The notes: a model not told the origin generated them from the letters alone. A stretch of 64,000 nt of DNA from Clostridia bacterium (GCA_036562755.1 DATCJN010000026.1:3339-67338), one strand, 5' to 3'. Shown: positions 9,170 through 17,687, counted from the stretch's first letter. Translations and numbers: made by a program.

Positions 9170-10279
9170 TCAAAACTTTTTATATTCCTTTAAGGCGTAA
9201 TTTACCCTTCCCTTATAGTCGAATAACGTTTGGTTTGCCCATTCGTTGCCGTGCCCTTTGTGCGTTTCTTTTATGTATTCGCGGGCGCTTTGGCTAGCCC
9301 AAGTCCCCTCCGATGTGGGAATCCAGCACGGCTCCCAGTAATAAACGCCCAAGCCTTTGTTGTCTTTTAGATTTCTAATTCTGTTAAATATATCTTTTAG
9401 AAATTTCGCCTGGCCTCTTTTTGAAAAAGGATAAGGCGCCTTGTCCTTAAAGCTATTGTTAACGGCAAAACCGACATAATTATCGTGTTGCTGCTTAAAG
9501 CCTTTGACAGTCCATGCGTAAGAGGTTTCCGCCACCATAATCTCTTTGCCGTATCTGTCTATAATATCGTTAAGATTCTTCTGCATATCATCCAGGCTTC
9601 CGTGCCAGTATGGATAATACGAAACGCCTATGATATCAAAATCAACTCCGCGCGCGGTTATGTTATCAAACCACTGTCTGTATAAGGCGTTGTCCGCGCT
9701 TCTTTCTAGATGAAGCATTATTTTGCAAAGAGGGCAAATTTCTCTGACAGCCTTAATTCCCGCTTTTAATAAAATCGCCAGATTGTCAAAACCGAAAACT
9801 TGGTCGTCTTTCCAAGTCAGTTTGCCGTCATCCCAAAGCATGCCCGCAGTTATCTCGTTTCCTACTTGGACAAACTCGGGGCTGACATCGTTGTTTTTTA
9901 ATTCTTTCAATGTTTCTTTTGTGTATTCGTAAACCTTATTTACAAGACTTTCATAATCCAAGTTTTGCCAACTTTTAGGCTTAAATTGTTTGGAGGGGTC
10001 TGCCCAAAAATCGCTGTAATGATAGTCCAGTAAAAAAGACATGCCAAGATTTTTTGCCCTCTTTGCCAACTCGATTACCGTATCTAAATCGCAAGTGCCG
10101 CCCCCGTAAGCCTCGCCGTTATGATCGTAGGGCTCAACCCACAAGCGCAATCTGACGGAATTGATGCCATATTCTTGTAAAATTTCCAAGGCGTCTTTTC
10201 GCTTTCCTTTGATATAAAAAGCGCCGCCTTGACTTTCCACTTCGCGTAAGGATGATACATCCGCTCCTTTTATAAACAT
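9170..10279 (-). CDS. GH53 endo-beta-1,4-galactanase homologue without signal peptide (predicted cytoplasmic)
   Basis: MFIKGADVSSLREVESQGG... with no hydrophobic leader. FLLDYHYSDFWADPSKQ, VQVGNEITAG, IMVAETSYAWT. Confidence 0.85.
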   Translation of the reverse strand: MFIKGADVSSLREVESQGGAFYIKGKRKDALEILQEYGINSVRLRLWVEPYDHNGEAYGGGTCDLDTVIELAKRAKNLGMSFLLDYHYSDFWADPSKQFKPKSWQNLDYESLVNKVYEYTKETLKELKNNDVSPEFVQVGNEITAGMLWDDGKLTWKDDQVFGFDNLAILLKAGIKAVREICPLCKIMLHLERSADNALYRQWFDNITARGVDFDIIGVSYYPYWHGSLDDMQKNLNDIIDRYGKEIMVAETSYAWTVKGFKQQHDNYVGFAVNNSFKDKAPYPFSKRGQAKFLKDIFNRIRNLKDNKGLGVYYWEPCWIPTSEGTWASQSAREYIKETHKGHGNEWANQTLFDYKGRVNYALKEYKKF

Positions 10280-11065
10280 CTATTCCCCCATTAATCCAAT
10301 TAAGCTTTTGTTAATCTCCAAATTTGCCGCTACTATGTCGCCTTGCATTTTGATTAAATCAATCTCTTTGCCCTTAAAATCCGTAACAACGCCGCCCGCC
10401 TCTTGCACGATCAACATTCCCGCGGCGTAGTCCCAAATGCGAAGACCTGCTTCCAGATAACCGTCCACTCTGCCGCAAGCGACATAGCATAAGTCTATCG
10501 CCGCCGAACCAAGCCTTCTTATGTCGCAGCTTGCTTTAAATATCTTGTCAAACAGCAAAAACCTTTTTTGGGAATCTTTCCTGTCATACGGCGAGGTGCC
10601 CACGGCTATCAAACAGTCTTTTAATTGAGTTTTTTGATTGACTTCTATCCTTTTTCCGTTTAGATAAGCGCCCTTTCCTTTTTCCGCCCAAAAGAGTTCG
10701 TCTTGCTCGGGGATATACACTACGCCGTAAATTAATTCTTCGTCTATAAGACACCCTAGACTAACCGCAAAAATATTCAAGCCGAATTTATAATTGGTCG
10801 TACCGTCAAGCGGGTCTAATATAAAAGTTATCTTTTTATCCGACCTCTCAATCTTATCATCCAACCCCTCATAATCATTAGTGTTTTCTTCGGCAATAAT
10901 CCGACAGAACGGGTATCTTTGCCGTAGCTTTTGTGTAATCAGTTCCTGCGCGTCTAAGTCAGCGCTCGTAACGTAATTCCCAAAAACTTTTTCTCTTATG
11001 TTGCAAGCGCTTTGCGTAATAACGCTTTTTGCGCTTTTTACGGTTTCTATTAAAAACTCAATCAA
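10280..11065 (-). CDS. Inositol monophosphatase-family phosphatase (SuhB/IMPase-like)
   Basis: IMPase motifs ILDPLDGTTNY and WDYAAG. Its stop abuts the start of the GH53 gene at 10279/10280. Confidence 0.8.
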   Translation of the reverse strand: MIEFLIETVKSAKSVITQSACNIREKVFGNYVTSADLDAQELITQKLRQRYPFCRIIAEENTNDYEGLDDKIERSDKKITFILDPLDGTTNYKFGLNIFAVSLGCLIDEELIYGVVYIPEQDELFWAEKGKGAYLNGKRIEVNQKTQLKDCLIAVGTSPYDRKDSQKRFLLFDKIFKASCDIRRLGSAAIDLCYVACGRVDGYLEAGLRIWDYAAGMLIVQEAGGVVTDFKGKEIDLIKMQGDIVAANLEINKSLIGLMGE

Positions 11066-11270
11066 AATCGGTTATCCTCTTGAGTATGTTTTTATACCTG
11101 AAGCGAGCCATTTCGTTTTTTTTCAATACATCGGCCTCGTCGCCCGTATAACAACATCTGATGCAGTAGTATTCTTGCTTCTCAAAGTCGTAAAACATAT
11201 CGATATCAAGGTCTCTCATAAAACACGCGGGACATCTGTAATTCAGTCTGCCTTTTCCAGCTTGAGCCAT
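11058..11270 (-). CDS. Small 4-Cys zinc-ribbon-like protein (70 aa)
   Basis: CPAC (residues 13-16) ... CIRCC (46-50). It overlaps the upstream gene by 28 nt and the downstream gene by 8 nt, on the same strand as the operon. AAGGAG lies ~11 nt upstream of the ATG. Confidence 0.55.
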   Translation of the reverse strand: MAQAGKGRLNYRCPACFMRDLDIDMFYDFEKQEYYCIRCCYTGDEADVLKKNEMARFRYKNILKRITDFD

Positions 11271-13069
11271 GTCGTTATCATCTCCTTATCCTTAATCGCT
11301 TTTGTAACGCCCAAGGTAAACATAGGCGAAAACGCGTAACCTTCTCTTATATATCCGCCCGAACCCTCGTCGCCGCAAACCGATACCGCGGTTTTGATAG
11401 GCGGAATTACCGCTTTTGCGGAAACTAAGGATTTAACGCTTGATTCGCGGCACTTGTAGTTATAATCTATTACATGCGTTGTTCCGTCGCCTTCTAAATG
11501 CAATTTAATTGAAGTCATATCCTCGGGATATTCCGTAGTGCCGTAACAAGCGGTAATATACTCGTTGATATGGACTTGGGCGGGTCTGGACATCTCTAAA
11601 ATCTTTCGCTCTATTTTTATAGTTGAGCTTCCTTCCTCGAAGTAATAAATAGTCTGAAGTTTTAAAGTAAGCGTGGAAAATTTGATTTCCACCGGGTCGA
11701 GAGTAAGAATCCTGGTATTGCCCTCTTCAGTAAATTTGGCTTTTGTGCGGCAAAGGCACAAATCCACTTCCTCGCCCTCAAAAGACACTTTGCAGCTTTT
11801 TATAGAGCCTTCGCCGGCATAATGGGTAAAATATCCCGCTCTATACATGGATTGAATGACATAAGGATAGCTAGCGTCGTGGACGTTGTGGGTTCCTATG
11901 CCCACAGGTCTTTCTAATTTTGCCACATAAGGCCTTAAATCTATAATGGCGCCGCCCTGATTCATGTCTATACAAGTCCTAAAGAACGGATCGCAATACC
12001 AAAACAGCTGCTTTTGCGAACCGTATAATATATCTTTCCACAGCGCGCATTCGGGCTGGGTGTAAGTCTTATTATTTCTATAAAATTCGGCGTATTCGGA
12101 CATGGTCATATCGACTAATTGGCCTTGCCGTTTTAACTGGGCATAATACGCCATACAGTCTTCATAGCTTTTTACCAACAGCTCATAATTGGCTTCCCAC
12201 CTGCCCTTTTTATTCATCCAGCCGGGCCCCACGAACATCATATTGTAGGCTATGCCGCGGTTGTATTTTTTTAGCGAACGGTATTGATCTATTAAATTAA
12301 ACAAATACGGGTATTGGTCGCCCACATAGATCATGCCTCTTAACACATTTTGCGGGTGGGTGCCGAAGTTTGAGCCGTTGCCGTCAAAACAAGCCAGAAG
12401 GTCGCGCGACAGGTGCGGTATTGCCACTATGCCCGAATCTTCGCTTGCGTCCTTTGCGGGCGCGTGGGTGTTTTGCTTGGACGGAATCCAAGGATTCCAA
12501 GGCCCGCCGTCAAAAAACGTATACCAAGAGTTATTGCATGTGCGATACGCTTTAGGCCCTTCCTCAAAACATGTCGCCACCGCGCAGATTACCGACGGGT
12601 ATTTTGCTTTTATGTAATTAATTAACTCTGCGTCCAGGTAATAAGAACCCGTGGATTTAGGATAAAACCCAAAGCATTCATAAAACTTGCCAAACACGTC
12701 GTCCACTATGGCCTTTTTGTCCTCGGACGAAAACATCCATATGCAAAAATCTTTGGTCTTGTATTTATCCCTAAACTCTTTGCAAGGCAAACCCAACAGC
12801 GATAAAGCTATCTCGTCGCCGTAAACTTTGTGATGTTCTTTGGCCAGTTCTACGGCTTCTTCGTTAAACAAACTGGAATATGTCATCTGAATAGTAGTCT
12901 TTATGCCGTTTTTATGGGCAATTTCCTGCTGCAGTTTAAATATATCTAAGGATTCTTGCAGCAAGGATTTTTTTGTAATATCCTCGCTTTTTCCGTGGTT
13001 GACTATTTTCTCGGCGTATTCCGGAACCATTTCGGGTCTGTGAATCACATTTAGCACAAAAGTATCCAT
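11243..13069 (-). CDS. Uncharacterised 608-aa cytoplasmic protein embedded in the galactan operon (candidate carbohydrate-active enzyme)
   Basis: Long uninterrupted ORF with no signal peptide or TM segment and no motif I can assign to a named family. The opposite-strand ORFs at 12333-12625 are short shadows. Confidence 0.75.
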   Translation of the reverse strand: MDTFVLNVIHRPEMVPEYAEKIVNHGKSEDITKKSLLQESLDIFKLQQEIAHKNGIKTTIQMTYSSLFNEEAVELAKEHHKVYGDEIALSLLGLPCKEFRDKYKTKDFCIWMFSSEDKKAIVDDVFGKFYECFGFYPKSTGSYYLDAELINYIKAKYPSVICAVATCFEEGPKAYRTCNNSWYTFFDGGPWNPWIPSKQNTHAPAKDASEDSGIVAIPHLSRDLLACFDGNGSNFGTHPQNVLRGMIYVGDQYPYLFNLIDQYRSLKKYNRGIAYNMMFVGPGWMNKKGRWEANYELLVKSYEDCMAYYAQLKRQGQLVDMTMSEYAEFYRNNKTYTQPECALWKDILYGSQKQLFWYCDPFFRTCIDMNQGGAIIDLRPYVAKLERPVGIGTHNVHDASYPYVIQSMYRAGYFTHYAGEGSIKSCKVSFEGEEVDLCLCRTKAKFTEEGNTRILTLDPVEIKFSTLTLKLQTIYYFEEGSSTIKIERKILEMSRPAQVHINEYITACYGTTEYPEDMTSIKLHLEGDGTTHVIDYNYKCRESSVKSLVSAKAVIPPIKTAVSVCGDEGSGGYIREGYAFSPMFTLGVTKAIKDKEMITTWLKLEKAD

Positions 13070-13096
13070 CTATGCATTTCTCCGTTTGTTTTCTCG

Positions 13097-15124
13097 TTAC
13101 GCTTTCTTTACCAGCGCCCAGTCGTCTAGGTGTCCCCAGCTTTCGGCGGGAGCCGCGCCCCTTATGCCTATTATGACTGTCGCGTTATCGTTAAGTTGTA
13201 TATCTTCTATCAAAGCTTTGATGTAATATGTATCTTTAGAACCCCAGCCTTTGACTTTGTCTTTTAGGTCGAATGTCTTTTCTATGGATTGACCGTTATA
13301 GGTATATTTAATATAAACTTCCAACTGAGTATGGCCTTGAATAGCCATGCAGTAAGTGCTTAATTCATAAACGCCCGCTTTTAATCCGGTAATCTCCTGT
13401 TCTACTACAAAGCTGAAATCTTTGGTGCCGAGATACCAGTTTAGATTGGTGGTACCCGAGCGCATCTCGGTCTTTCTGTCCAGTTTGACCACCTTCTCGC
13501 CCGCGGGAGTTACCGAAACTATCTTCCAAGGCGCTATAACCGCGTCCGTCTTGCCCTGTTTTTCGTATCCGGGGTCTTTTACAAAGTTGATAATCGCAGT
13601 AACCTTAGCAGTTATATTGCCCGCGCCTGTTAAGCCTTGAACCGTTCCCGTAATGTCGTATTCGCCCTCTTGAGTAAAATCGGTTTTGGACCAAGTTATA
13701 GGGAACTGTCTTATGGCGTCTAGGTTGGTAATTACGGGGAAGGTGGAAGGCACGGTTTCGTTATCCGCTAGGTTTATGGTATATTCCGCCGTGGCAGCCC
13801 TTAACCTAATAGGAGTTTCCTCGACTGCTTTATGGTCGCCTTTTACCTTTTTGAAAATTTCCAAAGAAGGCAAGGCCTTGCCGCGATAGCTGAATAAGCC
13901 TTGGTTAGCCCATGTATTTTTGCCGTTTGTAGTTACAAGCCCGCTTGCCGCGTTAGCCCAACCCACATTAGGTATAGGCAGCCAGGCAGGTTCCCAATAG
14001 AATATTCCCAAGCCGCGCTTGTCGGGCACATTGGCTACGGCTTGCATTACGTCCCTTATAGCCGTCGCTTGACCTTGTATGCTGGTTAGGTATTTGCCCT
14101 CGTCTTCCATAGAAGAGTTATATATGTTTTCGGTGTAAGCGTTATATTCGTCGGTATATCCGTAAGCAGTTTCGGCAACGAAGACATATTTGTTATATTT
14201 CTTGGTTATTTGGTTCATATTGTTTTGCAAAGCCTGCAAGGTGCCGTGGTAATACGGATAATACGAAACGCCGATAGCGTCGTATTTGACCTTGTGCTTT
14301 TTCATATAGCCAAAGAACACATCAAATTCGTCAAAGTTTCCGCCATTTGCCAGATGAATCGCGGTGTATATATCGGGAAAAACTTCTTTAGCGCCTTCTA
14401 TACCCGCGCTGATTAACTTGGCTAGATAAGCAAAATCATCGCCGGGCTCGCTCCAGTTAATCTTGCCTACGGGCCACAACATTCCGTTGTTAATTTCGTT
14501 GCCAATTTGAATCATGGCTACGTTTACGCCTTTGTTTTTAAACTTCTTTAGTGTGTCCGCGGTAAACTTCTTGACCTCTTGGACTAATTCGTCTTTTGTC
14601 TTGGAGGCCCATGATTTAGGAATGGTTTGGGTTTCGGGATCCGCCCAGAAGTCGCTATAATGCAAATCCACTAAGATGTTCATATTGGCGTCTTGCGCGC
14701 GCTTGCTCATGCTGACGGCTTTATTAACATCCACATTGCCGCCGCCGTAGCCGTCGCCGAACTTGTCGTAAGGATTATTCCAAACGCGGACTCTAAAGAA
14801 ATTGACGCCGTTTTCGTTCATTATTTGATATACGTCTTGTTCTTTGCCCTCGCTGTTGTAATACACTCCGCCCTGTGCTTCGACTTCATAGATCATAGAG
14901 CCGTCCACGCCCATTATGAAGTCGTCCCTTAAATTGCTAATGGGATTGATTATGATATCTTCAAAATCTTCATTAACAGTTTTGGAGCCGATTATTTTTT
15001 CATAGGGTTTGTTGGGATAAGTAAACTTTATCTCTCTAAAATACTCTTTATCTTTACAGCCCGTAATAATAAAAGTAGGAAATAAAAATATAAACGCGAA
15101 AACAGAGATTAACAGTCTTTTCAT
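13097..15124 (-). CDS. Secreted lipoprotein GH53 endo-beta-1,4-galactanase with C-terminal Ig-like and beta-sandwich (CBM-like) domains
   Basis: Lipobox FPTFIITGC and RBS AGAGGGGAAAA. ILVDLHYSDFWADPETQ, IQIGNEINNG, VFVAETAYGYT. The C-terminal ~240 aa include a Big_4-like segment (FPITWSKTDFTQEGEYDITGTV) and a terminal beta-rich module. Confidence 0.85.
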   Translation of the reverse strand: MKRLLISVFAFIFLFPTFIITGCKDKEYFREIKFTYPNKPYEKIIGSKTVNEDFEDIIINPISNLRDDFIMGVDGSMIYEVEAQGGVYYNSEGKEQDVYQIMNENGVNFFRVRVWNNPYDKFGDGYGGGNVDVNKAVSMSKRAQDANMNILVDLHYSDFWADPETQTIPKSWASKTKDELVQEVKKFTADTLKKFKNKGVNVAMIQIGNEINNGMLWPVGKINWSEPGDDFAYLAKLISAGIEGAKEVFPDIYTAIHLANGGNFDEFDVFFGYMKKHKVKYDAIGVSYYPYYHGTLQALQNNMNQITKKYNKYVFVAETAYGYTDEYNAYTENIYNSSMEDEGKYLTSIQGQATAIRDVMQAVANVPDKRGLGIFYWEPAWLPIPNVGWANAASGLVTTNGKNTWANQGLFSYRGKALPSLEIFKKVKGDHKAVEETPIRLRAATAEYTINLADNETVPSTFPVITNLDAIRQFPITWSKTDFTQEGEYDITGTVQGLTGAGNITAKVTAIINFVKDPGYEKQGKTDAVIAPWKIVSVTPAGEKVVKLDRKTEMRSGTTNLNWYLGTKDFSFVVEQEITGLKAGVYELSTYCMAIQGHTQLEVYIKYTYNGQSIEKTFDLKDKVKGWGSKDTYYIKALIEDIQLNDNATVIIGIRGAAPAESWGHLDDWALVKKA

Positions 15125-15137
15125 TTTTCCCCTCTAT

Positions 15138-15962
15138 TTAATTAATAATTTCTTTTCTAAGACTCTTTTGATATTCGGTAGGCGTCATCTTGAAATGTTT
15201 TTTAAACTCGGTGGCAAAGTGAAGCTGATTTTTGTATCCTACCATATTGGCTACCTTGCCTATGGAATACTCGCCCGTTCTTAGCAAGGAGCAGGCCTTT
15301 TCCATGCGGTATTTTGTCAGCCAAGCTTTAGGCGAACAGCCCAAAACTTCGTTAAAGATATTAGCCAAATAATTGCTGGTAATATTAAGCGAATCCGCTA
15401 TATCCTTAATAGTGATATTGAATTGATAGTTATACATTATAAATTCTTTGGCTTGCTTGATGTGTCCTTCTTTGGCGGTTAAAGTGTAGTTGGTCAAAGA
15501 CTTGTTCATCGCCATCATTTCGGCGAACAACTCATACATAAGCCCAAGACACTTTATGTCAAGATAGCCTTTTTGCTGATAAATATCCGAAATTTCTATG
15601 AAATATTTAAATAACTTATAGTCCTTAGTGTCCGAAAAAATAGGCTTTTCACGCGAGATGTCGCAAAGCTTTAACAGCCTATCCGCGTAAAGCCCGTCAA
15701 AAGCAATCCAAGTATAAGTCCAAGGATCCGTTCTGTCAGGGTAATATTTGGGACGAAGCATGGGAGGTATATAAAAAATCTGGCCTCGCTTTAGTTCGTA
15801 AGCGTTGCCGTCTAAATGAAAATAACCCTTGCCCGCTAAAACATAATGAAAAAGATGATAAGGTTTAGCCGTGAAAACTATGTCTTTGGTGGCAATGCAC
15901 TTTTCGCGACCGCATTCCTGCAGCGATAAATCCGTGAATTTGGATAGATCCAGTTGCTCCAT
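15138..15962 (-). CDS. AraC-family transcriptional regulator (cupin sensor + AraC HTH)
   Basis: C-terminal AraC-type double HTH (IKDIADSLNITSNYLANIF...GKVANMVGYKNQLHFATEFKKHFKMTPTEY). It is the first cistron, 13 nt upstream of the GH53 gene. Confidence 0.9.
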   Translation of the reverse strand: MEQLDLSKFTDLSLQECGREKCIATKDIVFTAKPYHLFHYVLAGKGYFHLDGNAYELKRGQIFYIPPMLRPKYYPDRTDPWTYTWIAFDGLYADRLLKLCDISREKPIFSDTKDYKLFKYFIEISDIYQQKGYLDIKCLGLMYELFAEMMAMNKSLTNYTLTAKEGHIKQAKEFIMYNYQFNITIKDIADSLNITSNYLANIFNEVLGCSPKAWLTKYRMEKACSLLRTGEYSIGKVANMVGYKNQLHFATEFKKHFKMTPTEYQKSLRKEIIN

Positions 15963-16043
15963 CCTTTTCCCCCATCTCCAAATTTATCTCTGTGGTTTCA
16001 TTATAAAATCGCTATATAGGGGTGTCAATATCGGCCCTTTTAG

Positions 16044-16132
16044 AAAATCTTAGATTTTTAAATATAAAAATTAAAAATATATATAGATATTAGAGATCAT
16101 TTATTATAATCTTAGATTTTTGAATATCAAAA
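16044..16132. repeat. Two copies of a ~27-bp AT-rich direct repeat (core AATCTTAGATTTTT), 62 bp apart, upstream of the AraC gene
   Basis: 16046-16059 and 16108-16121 are identical 14-mers. The flanks extend the match to ~26/29 positions (16044-16070 vs 16106-16132). Confidence 0.8.
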
Positions 16133-16175
16133 ACACCCCAAAACCACAATTAAACTATGTTTTTTGGGGTTTTTC
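16131..16175. terminator. Hairpin with flanking A/T runs (terminator-like, orientation ambiguous)
   Basis: ACCCCAAAA (16135-16143) pairs with TTTTGGGGT (16162-16170). The loop is 18 nt and a T-run follows at 16171-16174. Confidence 0.45.
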
Positions 16176-16228
16176 ATAAAAATACTTTAGAAATACAAAT
16201 ATCAAAAAAAAGTGAAATTTTGAAATAT

Positions 16229-16262
16229 GAAAAAAGACAGCCTAAACGGGCTGTCTTTTTTT
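16229..16262. terminator. Bidirectional intrinsic terminator downstream of the ferritin-like gene
   Basis: AGACAGCC (16235-16242) / GGCTGTCT (16249-16256) with a 6-nt loop. An A-run precedes and a T-run (16257-16262) follows. Confidence 0.75.
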
Positions 16263-16291
16263 ACACGCTGTTTTTTGGAGTGGTATTTATC

Positions 16292-17578
16292 TTATGTCGA
16301 AGCGTATGTCGAGTCGGTCGGATTGTTAGGAATAAAAGCGTTGGTTCTGGCTATTGTGGTATTGTCTGCCATGCGATCCTGAAGTTCGGGAACGGGGTTG
16401 GGTTCGGATTCGGCGCGGTAGTCTGATTTCATTACATCTATATGCTTTTGGATAACCACGTGGCTGGGCACGCGCTCGACGTCGTGGTTGACCTTATCTT
16501 GATAGAAGAAGAACTTAGCGTCGGAGGACAATTCGTTTACATTTACATATTTTTCTCTTTGCGCGGTCAGCTCTACTTGAGCGCCTAGGATGCTGCGCAC
16601 ATATTCGCGGGTATCATGGAATTGCAACAGCTTAGGGAAGGACTCAGGTACATAATCTTGCCAATCCTTTTTCTCGTATTTTCTTAAAAGCTCGGCCGCT
16701 TTGTGCAAATGCGCTATCTCTTGTTCTAAATGCAATTCCCAAACGGATTTTACATTGGGATCCATTTCGTCCATGTAGAAAGAATAATATAAATAGCATT
16801 CCATATATTCGTGCAACAGCCAGCTTTCCAGCCAGGTGCAGTTGGGGTCTAGCAAAGAGCCGTAATGGGTAACGTGTTGTTCTTCTATCATCGCTATTTC
16901 CTGATACAGCTGCCTTCCCAAATCAGTATAATAACTGTTGCCTACATTCATATAAAAGTTCATAGTCTGCTGTTCGGCGGCGGTTATTATCAAGGTGTTT
17001 AGCTTGGTCTTAATATCCGCCTTTTTAAAATCCACATGGTATTTGGGCGAGTCCATAGGATAGCGGTGTTCGGCTATGGTAGGTCTGCCGGGGGTGATGT
17101 CAACATAGCTTTTAACCAAATTTTCGGCGGGAGTGTTAGCGTCCAAATTCATTAAATTGGCGTATCTATATAGATGGTCAAAGTCTTCCAGCAGCGCAAA
17201 ATCAAGGGCGCTTTTGACATTTTTATCAGGCTCGTTTTGAGCAAGCCACGCGGTCAAATCCACCGCCACATGCTCGTAACCGATAGTGGTTTCCAAAGCG
17301 GTTTCGTTGATGGGCTTGAGCCAGTTAATTCGCTTTTGTTGCTGCTGCTCAATACGCCTAGTCATCGCCAATTCCCTTCTCAAATCATTGTCTGCGCAAT
17401 GGCGCTGGAACTGGTGCGAGAACAGCGCGGCCTCTACTTCTATACCGTTCATCAAGATTATTCTTACTTTGGTATATGGATCGACCGATTTTTTGTCGTA
17501 AGGGTTGGGATAAAGCGTCTGCCAATCCATAAAATACTTTTCTATTGCCTTGGGCTTTTGATCAAAGGGCTTGAACAT
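16292..17578 (-). CDS. Ferritin-like / di-iron-carboxylate-type helical protein of unknown function (428 aa)
   Basis: RBS AAGGAG upstream of the ATG. Several E/D-x-x-H motifs in predicted helices (EDFDH, IEEQHVTH, EQEIAHLH) plus lone Glu-containing helices. No named family recognised. Confidence 0.6.
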   Translation of the reverse strand: MFKPFDQKPKAIEKYFMDWQTLYPNPYDKKSVDPYTKVRIILMNGIEVEAALFSHQFQRHCADNDLRRELAMTRRIEQQQQKRINWLKPINETALETTIGYEHVAVDLTAWLAQNEPDKNVKSALDFALLEDFDHLYRYANLMNLDANTPAENLVKSYVDITPGRPTIAEHRYPMDSPKYHVDFKKADIKTKLNTLIITAAEQQTMNFYMNVGNSYYTDLGRQLYQEIAMIEEQHVTHYGSLLDPNCTWLESWLLHEYMECYLYYSFYMDEMDPNVKSVWELHLEQEIAHLHKAAELLRKYEKKDWQDYVPESFPKLLQFHDTREYVRSILGAQVELTAQREKYVNVNELSSDAKFFFYQDKVNHDVERVPSHVVIQKHIDVMKSDYRAESEPNPVPELQDRMADNTTIARTNAFIPNNPTDSTYAST

Positions 17579-17655
17579 TTCTAAACTCCTTTTTGCGTTT
17601 TTCTCTTACTAAAATTTACATTTTAGCCTAAAAATATTCAAAAACCCTTTATGAT

Positions 17656-17680
17656 AAAAAAAGGGGCTTTTAAAGCCCCT
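17656..17680 (-). terminator. Intrinsic terminator after the Ldh_2 gene
   Basis: Palindrome GGGGCTTT-T-AAAGCCCC (17663-17679) preceded on the plus strand by an A-run (17656-17662), which is a T-run on the transcribed strand. Confidence 0.7.
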
Positions 17681-17687
17681 AATCAAC

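Noticed and set aside
16157-16426. 89-aa plus-strand ORF spanning the intergenic hairpins and the 3-prime end of the ferritin-like gene
   Set aside because: It runs straight through two terminator hairpins and overlaps a real gene, with no RBS. It is very unlikely to be coding.
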